Source: Vicugna vicugna (Eukaryota). From it: DNA of 64,000 nucleotides. The position numbers and the translations under genes were made by a program. The notes beneath the pieces were generated by a model that saw only the letters and a program-made list of their open reading frames with translations, was not told the origin of the DNA and did not search any database. The DNA lies in assembly GCA_013265495.1 (NCBI GenBank), contig MU058384.1:2481690-2545689 (forward strand), written 5' to 3'. Of this stretch, positions 47,861 to 62,522 are shown piece after piece (the first letter of the stretch is position 1; each line of letters starts with the position of its first letter).

Positions 47861-48517
47861 GCACTCCTTTTCCTTTGTATGAAATGATGCCTGGGCGGTA
47901 TTTTCTGGTCCACTGCAGAACTTAGTAAAAATGTCTACATTCTAATCACCATTCCTATTATACCCCCTCCCATTCTCAGTCTTTTCTGGCTACAGTGATT
48001 GCTTCCCCAGACACTTTTTAGCTGTTAACAGTCTGGTTCTTTCATTTGTGGATTTTCTTCAGTTTCGCTGTCTGTCTTGGAGTGCTAACAACAGGACTAC
48101 CCGTGTGCGCCAACTGTGTCAACATTTAAACAGGGATGTACTGTTTACACTGCTCTAATATGCTGCTTGCAAACCCTGCTTCGTGAATTGAATTGGCGTC
48201 AGACGCACATTAGGCTGCTGGTTTCGGGGAAGAGTTCACAGGGAATGTTGGGTTATAAATGATGGCTCAAAGCTAGCTTTACAGATTGAGTTTTCTCTAA
48301 ACCTATTACCTTCCATCTGTTTATGCTGATGCTCACCTTTATTTTGTACCCACTCACATGACCTAGAGAAATGGCTTTCAGGCTTGCCTTTATATTAGAA
48401 TCACCTGGTCTATTAAATTCTATTTAATTGGTCTAGATGGATTCTGATATCAGTATTTCTAAAGGTTCCTCAGGTAATTCTACCATGCAAATAGGGTTAA
48501 AGTTTGCTGGTCTGTAG

Positions 48518-48824
48518 CAAGGATCAGCAAACTTTTTTTTAAAGCACTGTATAGTAAATATTTTAGCCTTTGAAAATCATACAGTCTCTGTTGTGACTGC
48601 TTGACTTTGATGTGACTGCTGTAGGCAAGTGGGCGTGGCTGTGTTCCAACTTTATTTCTAGACACCCAAATTCAAATTTATATAATTTTCATGTCGTGAA
48701 ATATTATTCATTCGATTTTTTTTCAACTATTAACAAAATCTAAAAATCAGTCTTTGCCCATAGGATGTACTGTAACAGGTTGCAAGTGGGATCTGGCCTG
48801 GGGGCTGTAGTCTGGCAGTCCCTG
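48518..48824. mobile_element. MER58-like hAT DNA transposon (next to a MER5-like piece at about 48370-48490)
   Basis: caaggatcagcaaacttttttt...atagtaaatattttagcctttg...tgggcgtggctgtgttccaa...ggatctggcctgggggctgtagtctggcagtccctg. Confidence 0.8.
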
Positions 48825-48999
48825 GTTAATGGTTTATTTTCTTCACTGCTTCATCTGGTTCCATTAGAGTAAGTGTTTCCTTAGTGACATCACTGATAAA
48901 ATGTTAACTGAGTCCTAGCGTTGCATACTTATTGAAGTAAGTCTACCAGAATATTTTTAAACATGGTGATGCATTTCCTTAATAGCCTTTGAAATTGTG

Positions 49000-49540
49000 G
49001 CAATTGGGATGCTTTTGTCTAGAAGTAACAAGCATGGCTTAAAAATGGCTTCAGACCGCAGGAAAGGTATTCTCTCATTAGAATAGAAACAGTTGCAGGT
49101 TATTCAGCTGCTCGGCAATGTCATCAACCCAGGTGTTTTCCATCTTTCTACTCTCTCACGCTCAATACTAGTCCTGGCTGATATGTTGCCTCATGGTCAC
49201 AAGATGGCTGTAGCAGCCCAAGGTATCACATGCAGATGCATGACATCCAGCAAAGAGGGAGAATATTTATTTTGCATTTATTTTTAATATGAGGCCGTCT
49301 TTTTTGGAACCAAGCCTCGCCTCCTGTGTAGATCTCCCCTTAGGGCTCAAAGACCAAATCATCCCTTGGTGAAGAAGTTGAGATCACTGTGATTAACGAT
49401 CATGACACATCCCCTGGCGTCAGGAAGGATCTGATCTGCCTTTCAAAGGTGGCCCCAGGATCCCAGAACTAAGTCTAGGTTCTGCTAGCAAGGGAAAAGG
49501 AAGAAATGGCAGTCGGGAAAGAATCAACATGTCTCACACA
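49000..49540. mobile_element. Old MLT1-family MaLR LTR
   Basis: gggatgcttttgtctagaagtaaca...gttgcctcatggtcacaagatggctgtagcagcccaaggtatcacatgcag. Confidence 0.6.
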
Positions 49541-50627
49541 GAATTAGATTCTTAGGGTTAAAAAAAGAAGGCTGTCTGCTTAGTTTCTCATTTCCATTTA
49601 TTTACTTCCCTTAAAGACCATTAGAGAATTGTTCAGCACAGTTTTCCTGAAAGAAATTTTATTGGTTTTCAAATAGTTTGTATTTTGCTTCAGTCCTCAA
49701 AGATATTACTATTATTTCTGTCGGATTACATTTAGAAAGTAACATATCCTCTTTTGGCTTACTTTGTTATTTTTCTAAAACAGTATCCCATTCATATCTA
49801 GAATAAAAATGTTCATGTCAAAAAGGTTTAAAAAGGAGTCTTCATATTTTTGGTTCATTTTGGACCATCAAAAGGTTTAGTTTTGCATTTTGTACTGTGA
49901 AAACAATAGTTTCCCCCCAAAATTATAGCATTGAGTGAGAGTTTAAGAACCATGTGTGTCACCCTCCTGCCTCCTCCTGACCCCGTGGGTAACCTGATAG
50001 ACCCCCCCAAGTGGTGCATGACCCACCTCTATGTCCCCACTTGAAAATCACAGAGGGAGATTTGTAACCGTTCCAAACTCAGCTGTGCTATTCTGCAGAG
50101 AGCCCTGACTCCCAGTCAGGAGTGGGGACTGAAATTCCACATTCGCGGTTTTCTTGGGAGACCATCTGGCACCGTGGAAGGGGCTCTAGCCCAGGACAGA
50201 GAGGCCAGGCTTCCGGCCCCAGCTCTGCCTCTCTTGAGGTATTTAACAGCAGACAAGTTACTTAACCTCTCTGAGCTCTAGTTTTGACATCTGCTAAGCA
50301 AGAGTTTGAACTTTGTGATTTATAAGATCCCCGTTAGAGCTTCTCTGTGTTTGTCTTTACCGTGCGATCCAAGATTTTGACCTTTACTTTCTGATGTGAA
50401 ACTGATTTTCTACTCTGTTCCTGCTGCTTGGTGAAGGCACCTGTTGTCACAGTGTCCCCTAAAATAACATGTCAGAGCAGCCACTCTGTCCTGCCGGTCG
50501 GACAACCCACAATGTTCTGGGGTGAGACATTCCCACATAACTAAGCCAAATCCTTGTCCCTTTCTAGGAAGCAAATCAGAAGACAATAAGCAAGAGCGAC
50601 AGACCAAAGGAGATACTTTTGGAGAGC

Positions 50628-50633
50628 TTTATT
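50628..50633 (-). terminator. Candidate polyadenylation signal of SMIM28
   Basis: AATAAA on the - strand about 560 nt after the stop. A second candidate lies at 50831-50836. Confidence 0.35.
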
Positions 50634-51191
50634 TTTTTTTTAACGAAAGTGTTTGCAAATGTCTGTTCTTTCATTATTAATATTGAAACATATTTCGCCA
50701 TTATTTACACCACCACATTGACCACGGCAGCTCTACAGGTGGTTTTCCCGCCTTCTAGAACTCTCTGTGCGTCTTGAAGCCCTCACACAGAAGTGAAACG
50801 ACGAAGCCCTGAAAAACTCAGAAGGAAAGTTTTATTTGGTGGCAAAAGCAATTGTCTTTGGCGTATCTGCATTCTTCTGTTTTCTTTGTCTTCAGAGCTA
50901 GTTCTTATGCTCACTAGTAATTTTTTTTCTTTCCCTCAACTCATAGAACTTTCTCGTTTTTCTCAGGGGTGTTATATGTTAATAGAAAAGCTCAGTCATC
51001 TTTACAACAACCTGGGGAGATTTTTTTCCCTAAAGAACTTGAAAATGTATGAACAAGACTGACATTTACCTCTTCATCCAGGTGTCCGCCAGTGAATAGC
51101 CGCATTTTGGGTCCAGAGGCCCTGGTCCCCCTTCTCAGGTGGGCTCTGCGAGGGACTGAGGGCTGGGTTTTCCGTGGTTTCCACGAGCAGT

Positions 51192-51632
<441 letters not shown>

Positions 51633-52067
51633 CTAAGTCTTTGTCTTCACCATGCATTCTTCTCACCATCATTACTCACTCTAAAAATCACTCTCATCAC
51701 TCATCGATGCCAACGAACTTGAGCCTACATGCAATGAAGTGCATTTACATGATAAAGTACGAATTCAGAATGTCAAAATACACCAGGATACCTTACAATA
51801 TTTCCCTGAAATAAAAATTCTAGAATAAATTTTAGTTGGCAGGTTCATCACTCATTCTTTGAATGAGAACTCTTACTCTTTATGTCCTTATTTTATTTAG
51901 AATTAGACATTTAGAAATAAACGTTAGAATAAGGTTTTATTGCCACAGAAGGATCATATGGAAATTACTTCTTTAATTCTGGAGCAAAATCTGATGTTGT
52001 TATGTGCTCATATCTCATATAAATAACATTTGAAATTTGATTTGATAGCCAACTAGCCAATGCTTAT

Positions 52068-52229
52068 TTTTTTTTAATGTTGCTGCTTTATTTTGCTTTT
52101 GTTCATTTTTTATGAGGGGGAGGTAATTAGATTTATTTTATTTCTGTTTGGAGGAGGTACTGGGGATTGAACCCAGGACCTTAGGCATGCTAAGCATGTG
52201 CTCTACCATTTGAGCTATACCCTCCCCAC
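52068..52229 (-). mobile_element. tRNA-Ala-derived SINE (camelid vic-1 type) with target-site duplication
   Basis: The minus strand reads GGGGAGGGTATAGCTCAAATGGTAGAGCACATGCTTAGCATG...GGTTCAATCCCCAGTACCTCC, then AATAAATCTAATTACCTCCCCC and an A-rich tail. A and B boxes are present. 14-bp TSD tagccaatgcttat at 52054-52067 and 52233-52246. Confidence 0.85.
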
Positions 52230-52957
52230 TGATAGCCAATGCTTATAATGACTGAGATTTTGAAATTCCCTCAGTTTGTTTTTGCAGTATTGGTAGGATG
52301 AATAGGGAAATTTTGAACTCTCAAAAAAAAGAATTGCAGATAAATTCTTAAGCAACTTAAAAGATTTTTTTTCTTTCTTTTTTTAAAAAAAGATATGATT
52401 TTATAGTATCAGCTTACAAGAATGATGATGTTTCTTGATGGAGTAAATAATACAATAGGCATGAAACAATAAATACTTCAACAGCAAGGTAGAAAATTCC
52501 TATGAAAAAATAAGTCCTGTTCCGAATTGCTTCGACATTGCCTTAAATAAAGCTAAAAAGTAATCAAGTATTGAAAAGCTTCTCTGTTATATACTACACA
52601 CAGCAACAGTGTGATGTTAGTTCCCACTACTACGGAGGAAAAGGAAACAGTGCGAAGTCTTACAATGGTGTTTAAAAAACAACATAGTAAGTTCTTTATC
52701 TAAGGATTTAAGATAAAACTTAAAATAATAAACCTATGAGAGCTTAGGATTTTGCCTTGATTTCGGTCGAAAAAAAATGTTTTGCTGGTCTTGACTTCTT
52801 AAGAGAATGGCTTATCTAGTGTTTTATAATCTTTTTTAATTCCCAAGGAATTTAGAACTAGGTGTGTTAATTTGACTCAAAATTAAATGGTTTATTTAAT
52901 ATTTACACTGCCAGATATTTTGTCTTTGGTAAGATATGAGTTAAGTTATTTTAGCTT

Positions 52958-53051
52958 GTGGGGAGGGGAGGGTATAGCTCAGTGGTAGAATGTGTGCATA
53001 GCATGTACGAAGTCCTGGGTTCAATCCTTATAACCTCCACTAAAAAAAAAA
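52958..53051 (+). mobile_element. Short tRNA-Ala-derived SINE (vic-1 type head plus poly(A))
   Basis: ggggagggtatagctcagtggtagaatgtgtgcatagcatgtacgaagtcctgggttcaatccttataacctccac followed by an A run. A and B boxes are present but the cloverleaf is degenerate. Confidence 0.8.
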
Positions 53052-54847
53052 TATATGTTTTAGTTTAAAGTGCATAAAAATTAAGGATTTTCTTGGGAAG
53101 CAGAGCATCATCTTTGGGGTTTGACAGCTCTGACCTTGGATTCCAATATGATATTCTGATACCTGCATGACCATGGACCATTCACTTGGCCCTAAGGGTC
53201 TGGGTTTTCTTCTCTATGAAATGGAAATGAGAACATCTGTTTTGGAGCATTGGCATGAGACTTAAATGAATCAATGAACTGTGAATTCTGTTTTCTTATG
53301 CACAATCTGGTTTATCAGAACTCTTAACTTAATCTGTTGTGATGTAACAGATCCTGATTATAAAATCTATAAGAATAGATGAACTCGTAAATAAAGTTAC
53401 TACAATTATTACAAAATCAAGTCGGAGTCAAAAAGCAATTTAACTGTGTGAATTTTCTCCCCTTAGATGAATTATTTAAAATGTTAGAGTTATTATCTCT
53501 TAATACTTTAAACAGTCACTCTTCAGGCTTGATAAACACGGATCATTTTGCATAGCTTTTTTTCCCTCATTCTCCTTCAATAATGTGGATGATAATCGTT
53601 TCTAAACAATTGTGGGCATCAAATTTTAAATGTTTTATTATACTCATAAGTTTGATATGCAGAGAATGTAAAGAAACTTAATATTCTATTTAAAAGTTTT
53701 TATGTAACAGACCTTCTTGTTTACAGTTATGCCAGTAACGGTATTAATTGCAAAATTTGTGAAAGTGGAGATGCTACAGTCCCCTTCTGTGATCGGCACT
53801 TCCATTGGTTGAGTTCCATTTGGCCAAGTGTCGAGTGGCACTAAAAGCCTTATCTAACCCAGCAGATTAGGACAATCTGGGGGGATAAAGAGCTCTTCTT
53901 TTTTTCTAGTTAAGAGATCACAGAGCTCTAGAACAGATTTATGATGGTATCCTTAATTTGTTTATTTAATGATTCATGATAAATCGGTTCAAATTGCTGT
54001 GGATTTTTTTTTAATGCAGAAAGGATGACTTTTTTAGTCAAATATTCTAATTTGTTCACAACTCTCAAAGTGTTTTTTCACTTTTAGTGTTTCTCTGATG
54101 TGTATATTAACTCAAGGACTTTGCTGTTCAGGGAATACTTCAAAGAAATATCCAACTAAAACTGTAACTACTCATTATATATATACGTAAGTGTGTATAA
54201 TTTTTTTTTCTCTGTAAAACGTGGTCTTAGAGAACTTAAATACCACTTGATTTGTCCAGAAAACAAGAACATAGGGTTGTTTCCCTCTTTCTTGTGGGAC
54301 AGCAGTATCACTCATTTCCTTGCTGATCATCAAATTGAGTTTTTACATTTTTACAAATATTTCTCTTTAATGCTGCCTTAGATCGTGACTTCTTTGGTGA
54401 TTTCCCAGACAAAGCAAAGCAGCAGCTGCATTTGTTAGCGAGAGGCAAAACCTCCTTAACCCTCTGCTACCCTTCCTAAAGTAAGGTCCTTGGCTTCTGC
54501 AAACTCTTAGAAACAGCTGGGGAGCCCCAGGGAGTTCCTCCTTTTTGTATACGTAGACATTGCTTCCTGAGCAGAGAACAAATTTGTAACCCCAAAGTAT
54601 AAAAATTTGTTGACTCCTAGTTTTAGGTGTTCTTTGATTATATTTGATATACTGATATTCTTAGAATATATTTGTGGCAACTTTTACTTGAATTTATCAT
54701 TGTCAAAAGAATACAACTTTTGCTGTATTCTTTTAAGTTGCCTCCTTAGACCATGCCACTCAGTGAAGTCATTTTTGTCACACCCGGAATGCAAAATGAT
54801 GCCACTGAGTTTTCCTAAAAATAAAGGCATCGTTGGCTTTAAAGCTA

Positions 54848-55027
<180 letters not shown>

Positions 55028-56499
55028 TCACCCTTCCACCTCGCTGCCCAGATTTCAACAACAGTGCTTGTTCTTGGCCTGCATCCAGCTTGGATGTGCT
55101 TGGTTGATGGCTGTTGGTAAATTCGTTCTCTGATGACTGGCAACAGGGAACAGAAAACAACCAGAGAGACCTTTTGGGACTGACTATATTTAAATTCTAT
55201 GCCTCTGGATTTGCTTTTGTGGCCTTTTATCACTCTAAGGATTGGCATCAGATATCAGGTATGGAGAAGATTTTAAACAGAGATGCCGTCTGCACTAGCA
55301 TTCTTACAGTGCAGTGAGTGGTCTCAGTGAGTAAAGAGCTGTTTATACTTAGATGTAAATAAGACCCTCTCCTTTCCCTTACCACATCCTTCTCCAGCGA
55401 TATAGCTGAGCGAGAAAAACTATTCAAGCTTAATTTCCTTTAATTTTTCTGGATTCTGAGGTACAGAGAGAATGGGCATTTGGTAGAGAAGCAAGACTCA
55501 TTAATGACATTTTGGTGAATTATTTATATGAAAGATGCTAATGATAAAGTTGTACAGAAGCCAGAGACAATAGCTCAGATTGTTTGGATGGAATGTGTGC
55601 TGGTTTCAATTTAGAAAAACAAGAAGTCAAATTACCAATACCTAAATAGTCTTCCTTCTGATATTTAAGCTTGATATAAAATTATTTACACTAAGTTAAA
55701 ATAAGAAACTTTCAATTTAAACGTTCACCGAGGTAACTTTGGGATGTTTAATTCTACATACTTATTAAGAATTTAACATTTAAGACATAGCAGTTGGATT
55801 CTCTTTCTTCTAGTGAAGTAAACTTCAACTTTATATTCATTCAAAATATTATAACTCAATATTGCAACTACCTACGTTCTCATCTAGGCATCATTTTCAT
55901 CCAAGTGGTTGTTATGATGCTGAAATAATATTTAAGTGGGGTGGTTTTTTCTTACTTAGGATTCTCAATCTCTGGCTCATGGTGGTCTGTGGATAGGTTT
56001 CTAGGAGGGTGGTGAACTCTGTAAACTTTTAGATACATCTCATTTTCTTGGGAGCTTCCACAGATTTTGTTACCTTTTCAAAGACAGCTGCCCTCCCCAA
56101 TACACTTTGACACTTTCTCAAAATTAATTGTGATGAGTTTTCACCAAGTTGCCTAGCGTCTCAATCAGTATCCTAGTGTAGAATGCCTTTGTCACTTCAT
56201 CCTTTCCTTTCTTACTGTGGAGTAAGTTGATTTTGTGCTTTTGGTTAAAATGTTCCTTGTTCCATTGATGTGTTCCTATTTTAAGTAAGTCCTGTATCTC
56301 TACATTGATACATCAGGAGCACCTTGGTGACCAGTACACCGTTTTGCCTTTTTTACATGCCAGTGGTTTTGCCAATAGTATGCCTTTAATTGCTTCTCCA
56401 GCTTATCTACTTATTTAAATACCTTCATTTCTTGAGAAGCAAATAAGCAAATTGAAAGTATAGATCAAAAGCATAAATATGAACCTGTTATGCTGACCC

Positions 56500-57890
56500 T
56501 CCTTTAGCACTGAATGAATGAGACAAAAATTCCTCCTTTTATAGATAGATTTTGGGGGGGACCAAGAGAAACAAACATATTACACAAATAACATAAACAC
56601 TACATCAAAAGTTGATAAATGCTGTGGAGAAAAGCAGAGAAGTAAATTCCTAAATGGGGTGGAGACACTTTCAAAAGGGGAAGTCAGTTAGGACCTCACA
56701 GGGAAAGGGATATTTCTGTAAAAAGCTAATGGACTTAAGGGACTGAGCCATGAAGAAATCAAAGGGAAGAGCATGGCAGATGAATGGAATAGCCAGTGCA
56801 AAGGCCCTGAGGCGATCACATGCCTGATAAGTTCTCAGATGGCTAGTAGGCCAGGGTGGCTGGAGTAGAAAGCCAGGAAAAAAGTAGAAGACAAGGTCAG
56901 AGAGGATACATGGGAGGTGGCTGGGCTGCACTGAGTGCAGGATGTACAAAGCGTTGTAAGAATTTTGGCTTTTACACAAGCAAAAATGGAAAGGCCATGC
57001 AGTTTTGAGCTGAGGAATGACAACATCTGACTTCCATTTTAAAAGAATCACTCTGGCCTCTGTGTGGGAAATAGATATAGGGATTAAGGGCAAAAGCAAG
57101 GAGAATAGTGGGGGCTCTTCAAATAATTCAGGGGAGAAATAATGGATCTGAGTCATAGAAGTGGGGGAGGTGAGATTCTAGATACATTTTAGAGATCGGA
57201 TCAACAAGATTTCTTGAACTAAAAGTGGTGAAGATTGAAAAAAGATCAAGAAGGATTGTTTTAGGCTTGAGCAATGGGAAGGATGACCATTTGAGGGGAA
57301 AGACTGGATGGGACAGGTTGCTTTGTTTTTGAAGCAAGGGGAGTAAAAAGCAGGAGTTGAGTTTTGGACGTGTGAAGTTTGCCATGTTTGTGAGTTTGGG
57401 TATTTGATTTTGGAATTTAGGAGGGAGAACTAGACCACAGATAATTGTTGGAACTCATTGGCAGGAAGATGGTATTTAAAGCTACAAAATGTGATGAGAT
57501 CACCAGGAGAATGAGTGTCCATCGAATGGGGAGACTGAGTGGCCGATGAGGTAGAAGAGAAACCAAGAGTGTGTGGTGTCCTGGAATCCAAGGGAAGAAA
57601 ACGTTTCTAGGAGAGAATGATTATCTCACAAGCTACTATATGATCAGGTAAGGAGATGGATGATATTTGCTGTGGGATTTAATGAAATGGGAGAGAAGGA
57701 GTGTCATTGGTTGTTTGGACAAGAGCAGTTTTGGTGGACTGGTTGGGGAAGACCCTGATTGGAATGGTTATAAGGGAGAAAAGGAAGGAGAAGAACTGAT
57801 GTAGAGAATATAAACAGCTCTTGAGTTATTTTGCTTGAAAGGGGATCAAAGAAATGACGCAGTAGTTGGACAGAGAAGTAGAGTCAAGGG
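56500..57890 (-). mobile_element. L2 LINE fragment (about 1.4 kb)
   Basis: gggaagagcatggcagatgaatggaatagccagtgcaaaggccctgagg...ttttgagctgaggaatgacaacatctgactt...gagttgagttttggacgtgtgaagtttg...gtggtgtcctggaatccaagggaagaaa. Confidence 0.8.
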
Positions 57891-58005
57891 AGTTATATAG
57901 TATAACAGAGCAAGTTAACAAATAGAGGAAAAGTCATATCAGTATGTCAGTAATTCCACCTGTAGGAATTTTTCATAAAGAAATAATTGATGCCTACTCC
58001 AAGAT

Positions 58006-58031
<26 letters not shown>
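58006..58031. repeat. (TA)n microsatellite
   Basis: tatatatatatatatatatatatata. Confidence 0.9.
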
Positions 58032-58037
<6 letters not shown>

Positions 58038-59489
58038 TTTAACACATATTAGATGTCTGTATATTAACAGTTGGAAATTTTAAAAATTTCACAAAATAAT
58101 TGGTTAATAAATTAATATATACACAGATGAAGAGATATTATTACCTGAAAATAAATTCCAGGAATATGTAAACATGCTTACCACATATTAAGAGAAGCGT
58201 GCCAGAAACTATGTTTATTATAATAAGTCTTCATGTCTTGCTTATAGAAAAAAGTCAATGTTCACAATCGTAATTCTTCCAATTAGTGAGATTATGAGTT
58301 GTTTCTTGTGGAACTAGTTTTCTTCCTTTTGCTGATCAAAATTTTGTAATTTTTCATGAATATGTGTCCTGTGATCAAGACAAATAATGTCCAAGATCTG
58401 TCTGTCTTTGAAGGCTCACATGAAAGCCACCCTGTTGTAATACTCCGCAGTTTCCTGCCCTCCACCTGAATTAGGAATGAATCCCAATTTTCTCTGAAGT
58501 CCCACAGCATGTTAGTTACTCCAATATTATAACACTTATTTAAGTCAGTTTTGTATTATGTCAAAAAAATAAGTTAGGGGATTGTTAGTTGACTCAGAAA
58601 AAAACTCATTGAAGAGTTGTATGAATAATGATCCCTGGTGTGACTTCCAGCTTTCTAGGATGTGCTTAGTCTATCATGCCGATAGCCTGAATTTTCTGTA
58701 ACTGCTTACAGAAATGCTGTAATGTTTCAACTCTAGAAAGTCATACCTGTGTGGATTTTAACAATCAAAGTCTTTTTGTTTTTAGGCCTCCATAGTAGAT
58801 ACTCTTTTTCATTTTTGTTTTTTTTCCTCCACACTAAAAGGCCGAATACTTCCTGTGATTCTAAAAGGCTTTTAGCTAAGATTTTTCTGTTTAGGACTTT
58901 TATAGCTTGATTTTAATTATAAATGCTGACCACAATTAGTCTTGAAGTTTGATTAATTCCCTCTAAAACTTCTCTAAGTATTTCAGAACCGAGGACAGAA
59001 GAGTTTTCCCATGTTCTACTTAATTCTTTCCCATCTCTGTCTTTCTCTTTTAAAATTGTCTTGTCTTCACCCATTTATTGCTCTGTTTTTTTTTTGATTC
59101 CCTTGAGTTCAACATTGTTAATTTCCTGTTTTTTATTTTCAAGAACTACCAAGACTTCTTGGTTTTCTGGTTCTCCTGGTTTGTGGGACATAGTGGAGTT
59201 TGACTTTGTTGTGTTACACATTTCTTCTTGTGGAGATGAATGTAATGGAGACAATGTCCTTGAAAACTGACGGTCAAGGGAGATTGAAATAAACTAAAGA
59301 CGCCTGTAAAATGGTAGGGTTTTTTTCACATTTAATTTCTAAGCTAGTAAATATATTTGAATTTTAGCAAACTGAGCAGTGCACTTTCTGAAGATGTTAT
59401 TATAAAAATTAAATAAGCTTATATTTGATTAGGATGACTGAAAAACTAATCAGCAGATGGCAGGCAGCTCTGTGATGAATCACTGCCTG

Positions 59490-59700
59490 CATCAGTCCAT
59501 GGAGACCCAGGGGTTCATCTAAGGGTCAGCAGGACTGGCTTTGGTTTTTGTTCAGTTTTGGCCCTGATAATCTGGAAGGAAAGACATAAACAGTTTGACT
59601 AAATCCACTAACAATATGGACTGAAAAAGGAAGATACTGCGGAATGACTTTTTTAAACCAACCATGTATGACAATTCAAAAAAGACATTATTGATATGAA
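59490..59700 (+). mobile_element. Possible highly degenerate L3/CR1 RT fragment
   Basis: Weak resemblance to the CR1 RT region encoding GSVLGPVLFNIFINDL...KFADDTKL (ttgttcagttttggccctgataatctggaaggaaagacata...actaaatccactaacaatatggactg). Confidence 0.35.
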
Positions 59701-62495
59701 ATTTACTTTAGAAGAATATGAGCTTTATGGAAATGGAGGTTTGAACAGAAGATTTTAAAAACCTTTTTGTGAGGGAATAATATAAAACAGAACACAGATA
59801 TCTAATGCGTTCAGTTTGATGAATATTGACAGTTTTATTCACTCTTGTAATCACCACCTGAAACTAGATAGAAAGCATTTCTTTCACCCCAGAAACTTCC
59901 CTTCTCCTACAGTCAACTATTTTTATTTATTTCTATATATAATGGAAGAGTATTTTTTAAATCTCTATTCTTCAGGAAAATCAGAGAACACAATGTGACA
60001 TTTATAAGCTTACTGTGTTTTTTTTGGTTATGAACTTGAGGTATTTTCAAATATTTGGCCTTTGGTTTTCTATACATGGAATCAAGGAAAATCTAGGCAT
60101 ATTTAAAATATAAGAATGATCACAAATATGTAGAAATGGAATTGATGAATTTAAAATAGGAACTAGTAGGTAGATACATTTAGATTAAAAATTCTCATGC
60201 AGTTTGTCTACGCGTAGTTTCTTTATTCATATGTATGACAGGGAGTGGGTTAGATGGCTTGGAGGAGCCCCATTATTTGATACCTCAATTGTTATATGCT
60301 GTCGTATTATCTATTTTTCTTATATGACCTCTAAGTTACAAGAATTATTCCTAATTTTGCAGATTAGGGAATTAAGGCTTACATTAAACCATTCTGGGGA
60401 AAAAATTTCCCAGGTTTTCTAAGATGACACAATTCTGGAAGCCAGGTCTATGAAGCAGAGGAAGTTTAGATGATGAAGGGTGTTTCTCTTTGAATAGGTG
60501 TAGCAGCCTTATATTTGGTGCACAGTCCTAGAGATGGCAAATGTGGCATGGCTATAAATATAAAGTCTGTTTATTTTTGCTTAACCTCTCAGGTGACTGA
60601 GAGTGGACTTTTCCCTGTGTGTTTAGTAACTTTTAAATTGTGAGGACATATTTTGTTGAACCTGATCTGTGAGAATCCTGAGCTACTAAACTGAAGATAC
60701 TTTGCTAGAGATGATTTGCATTTAGAACTGATTGGAACAACACCAACCTGAGATCACTTTAGCACCACTTGAGAATTCAGGATTAAATGTGGGAGTTGCA
60801 GATTCAGCTTGTCCACCTTGTTGGAAGCCCCAGCCTCAGTCTTTTAATTCCACGGTGACAGAGGCAGGTCTGCCTTCTGCTCTCTGCTCTGGTTTCAGCT
60901 TCGCCTCACCCTGCCTGTCAGATTCTTGATTATTCTGCCGCGCATTGCTATAGGATAGGGCATTTCTGAATCTTATTTGACCACGAAGCTTTTTGTAGGG
61001 GGAGGGACTTATTTCCAGATCTAGTTTCCCAATGGACTTTCCTTGAGCAGTGCTTTTGTAGTTCAACACCTTCATTTTATAGGAGAGGAACCTGAAGCTA
61101 TGTGACTTCTCCAGCATTTCACAAAGAATCAGCTTTAGAACCAGGGGAAAATCCTTTACGTCATAAAGCCAGTGTGCTTTCTAACTCTGGAAAGCTCCAC
61201 AAGTAGAATGCATGTGACTTGTCTCACTATTAGACATGCCTCTGAGAACAACTATTTATTGTTAAAATATATAAGTAAAATCTAAGGTGTTTTTTTTTTG
61301 GAGAATTTTTTTGGGGGGGTTGTTGGTGTTACCAATAATAAAAGGATAGATACTGTTGTTGGTTGTGGTATATGCTGTGTAGTCTCCCAATAATTAGGTG
61401 ATTTAGAAAGATGCTGATACACTCTAGGGTATTGCTGTTGAAATACAGAGGGGCAAAGCATTAATAGTAAGTTCATGGCCCAATTCATCCAGATAAAGCC
61501 TCTGAATTGAAATGTGCATTATTTAAGAGTCCTGTTCTTTGTCACACAATTGGGATACTGGTGATTTAATTTGGGGACATCAGATTTGAAATGCCATCTT
61601 TAATCTGTATTCCCATTTTAAGCCTCATTCCTTAAATAGAATTTGCAGCTAAAAAGTTTGCTGAGTCTTGTATTTCAATTTGTTGCCTTTATATATTTTG
61701 CTTATGCTTTACATATATTTCTAAGACATCTGCTGGTAGTTCTCCCTGCAAGTAGGTATTTGTTATCATTGTTACAATAAGCAGTTCGTATTGAGTTGAA
61801 AATTGAAACTCTTTATCCCTCACTCACCAAATTATAGAATTCTAGAGTTTGGAGAATTAAGTGGTGAGGTCTAAATTCAGGGCTTCAGATTCTGAATTAA
61901 TCACTAAGCAAGTGGCATAGATCTTTTACTACTTGGCAATATTTTTGTCATTTATTGAGCATGCATTTCTACTGGGTATCTGTTAAATCCTAGGCATTAT
62001 GTGTGTACATATAAAATAGTGCCTGCCCCAAAAAGCTTGTAATTGTGTGTAAGACAGACCGGTAAATGAACAGTTAGAAGTCAGTGTGAAGCATTTGGGC
62101 AGCTGTATACTTAAAAAGCAGCAGGAACCCTTAAATAGGGCATCTAACCCTAACCAGTCTTCTGGAATAAATATGACATCAGCTCTCTTCTCACTCCTTC
62201 CAAACATTCACCTTAAATCCTTGCCAATCCCACCTCTTTTCTCTTAGGCTCATTTTCTCTCTCTGGAAAAACTATTAGGCAAGACTCTGTCCTATTTTCA
62301 CTTTTGTCAACTTTCCTAATCTTTTCTCATCCATCATGGTGGGGGGTGTGCCGTGAAAGAGTTGTCCTTTTTGTCCAAAGCAAGTTCTGTCTGCCTAGGT
62401 CCTCCTCCAACCTATTGTATAACCCAGCCTCACCCTCCTTGGATCCTGCTCTCTTTTTCAACATTTTCTTTCTCTCTCTCTTATACACGCATGTG

Positions 62496-62522
62496 CACAC
62501 ACACACACACATATACACACAC
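62496..62522. repeat. (CA)n microsatellite, imperfect
   Basis: cacacacacacacacatatacacacac. Confidence 0.85.

Noticed and set aside
52965..53040. Possible functional tRNA-Ala gene
   Set aside because: The stems carry several mismatches, it ends in poly(A) rather than a T-run terminator, and it has the SINE-type GGGGAGGG 5' leader. Treated as a SINE.
56671..57385. 161-aa and 85-aa minus-strand ORFs
   Set aside because: They lie inside a decayed L2 element and have no splice or gene context.
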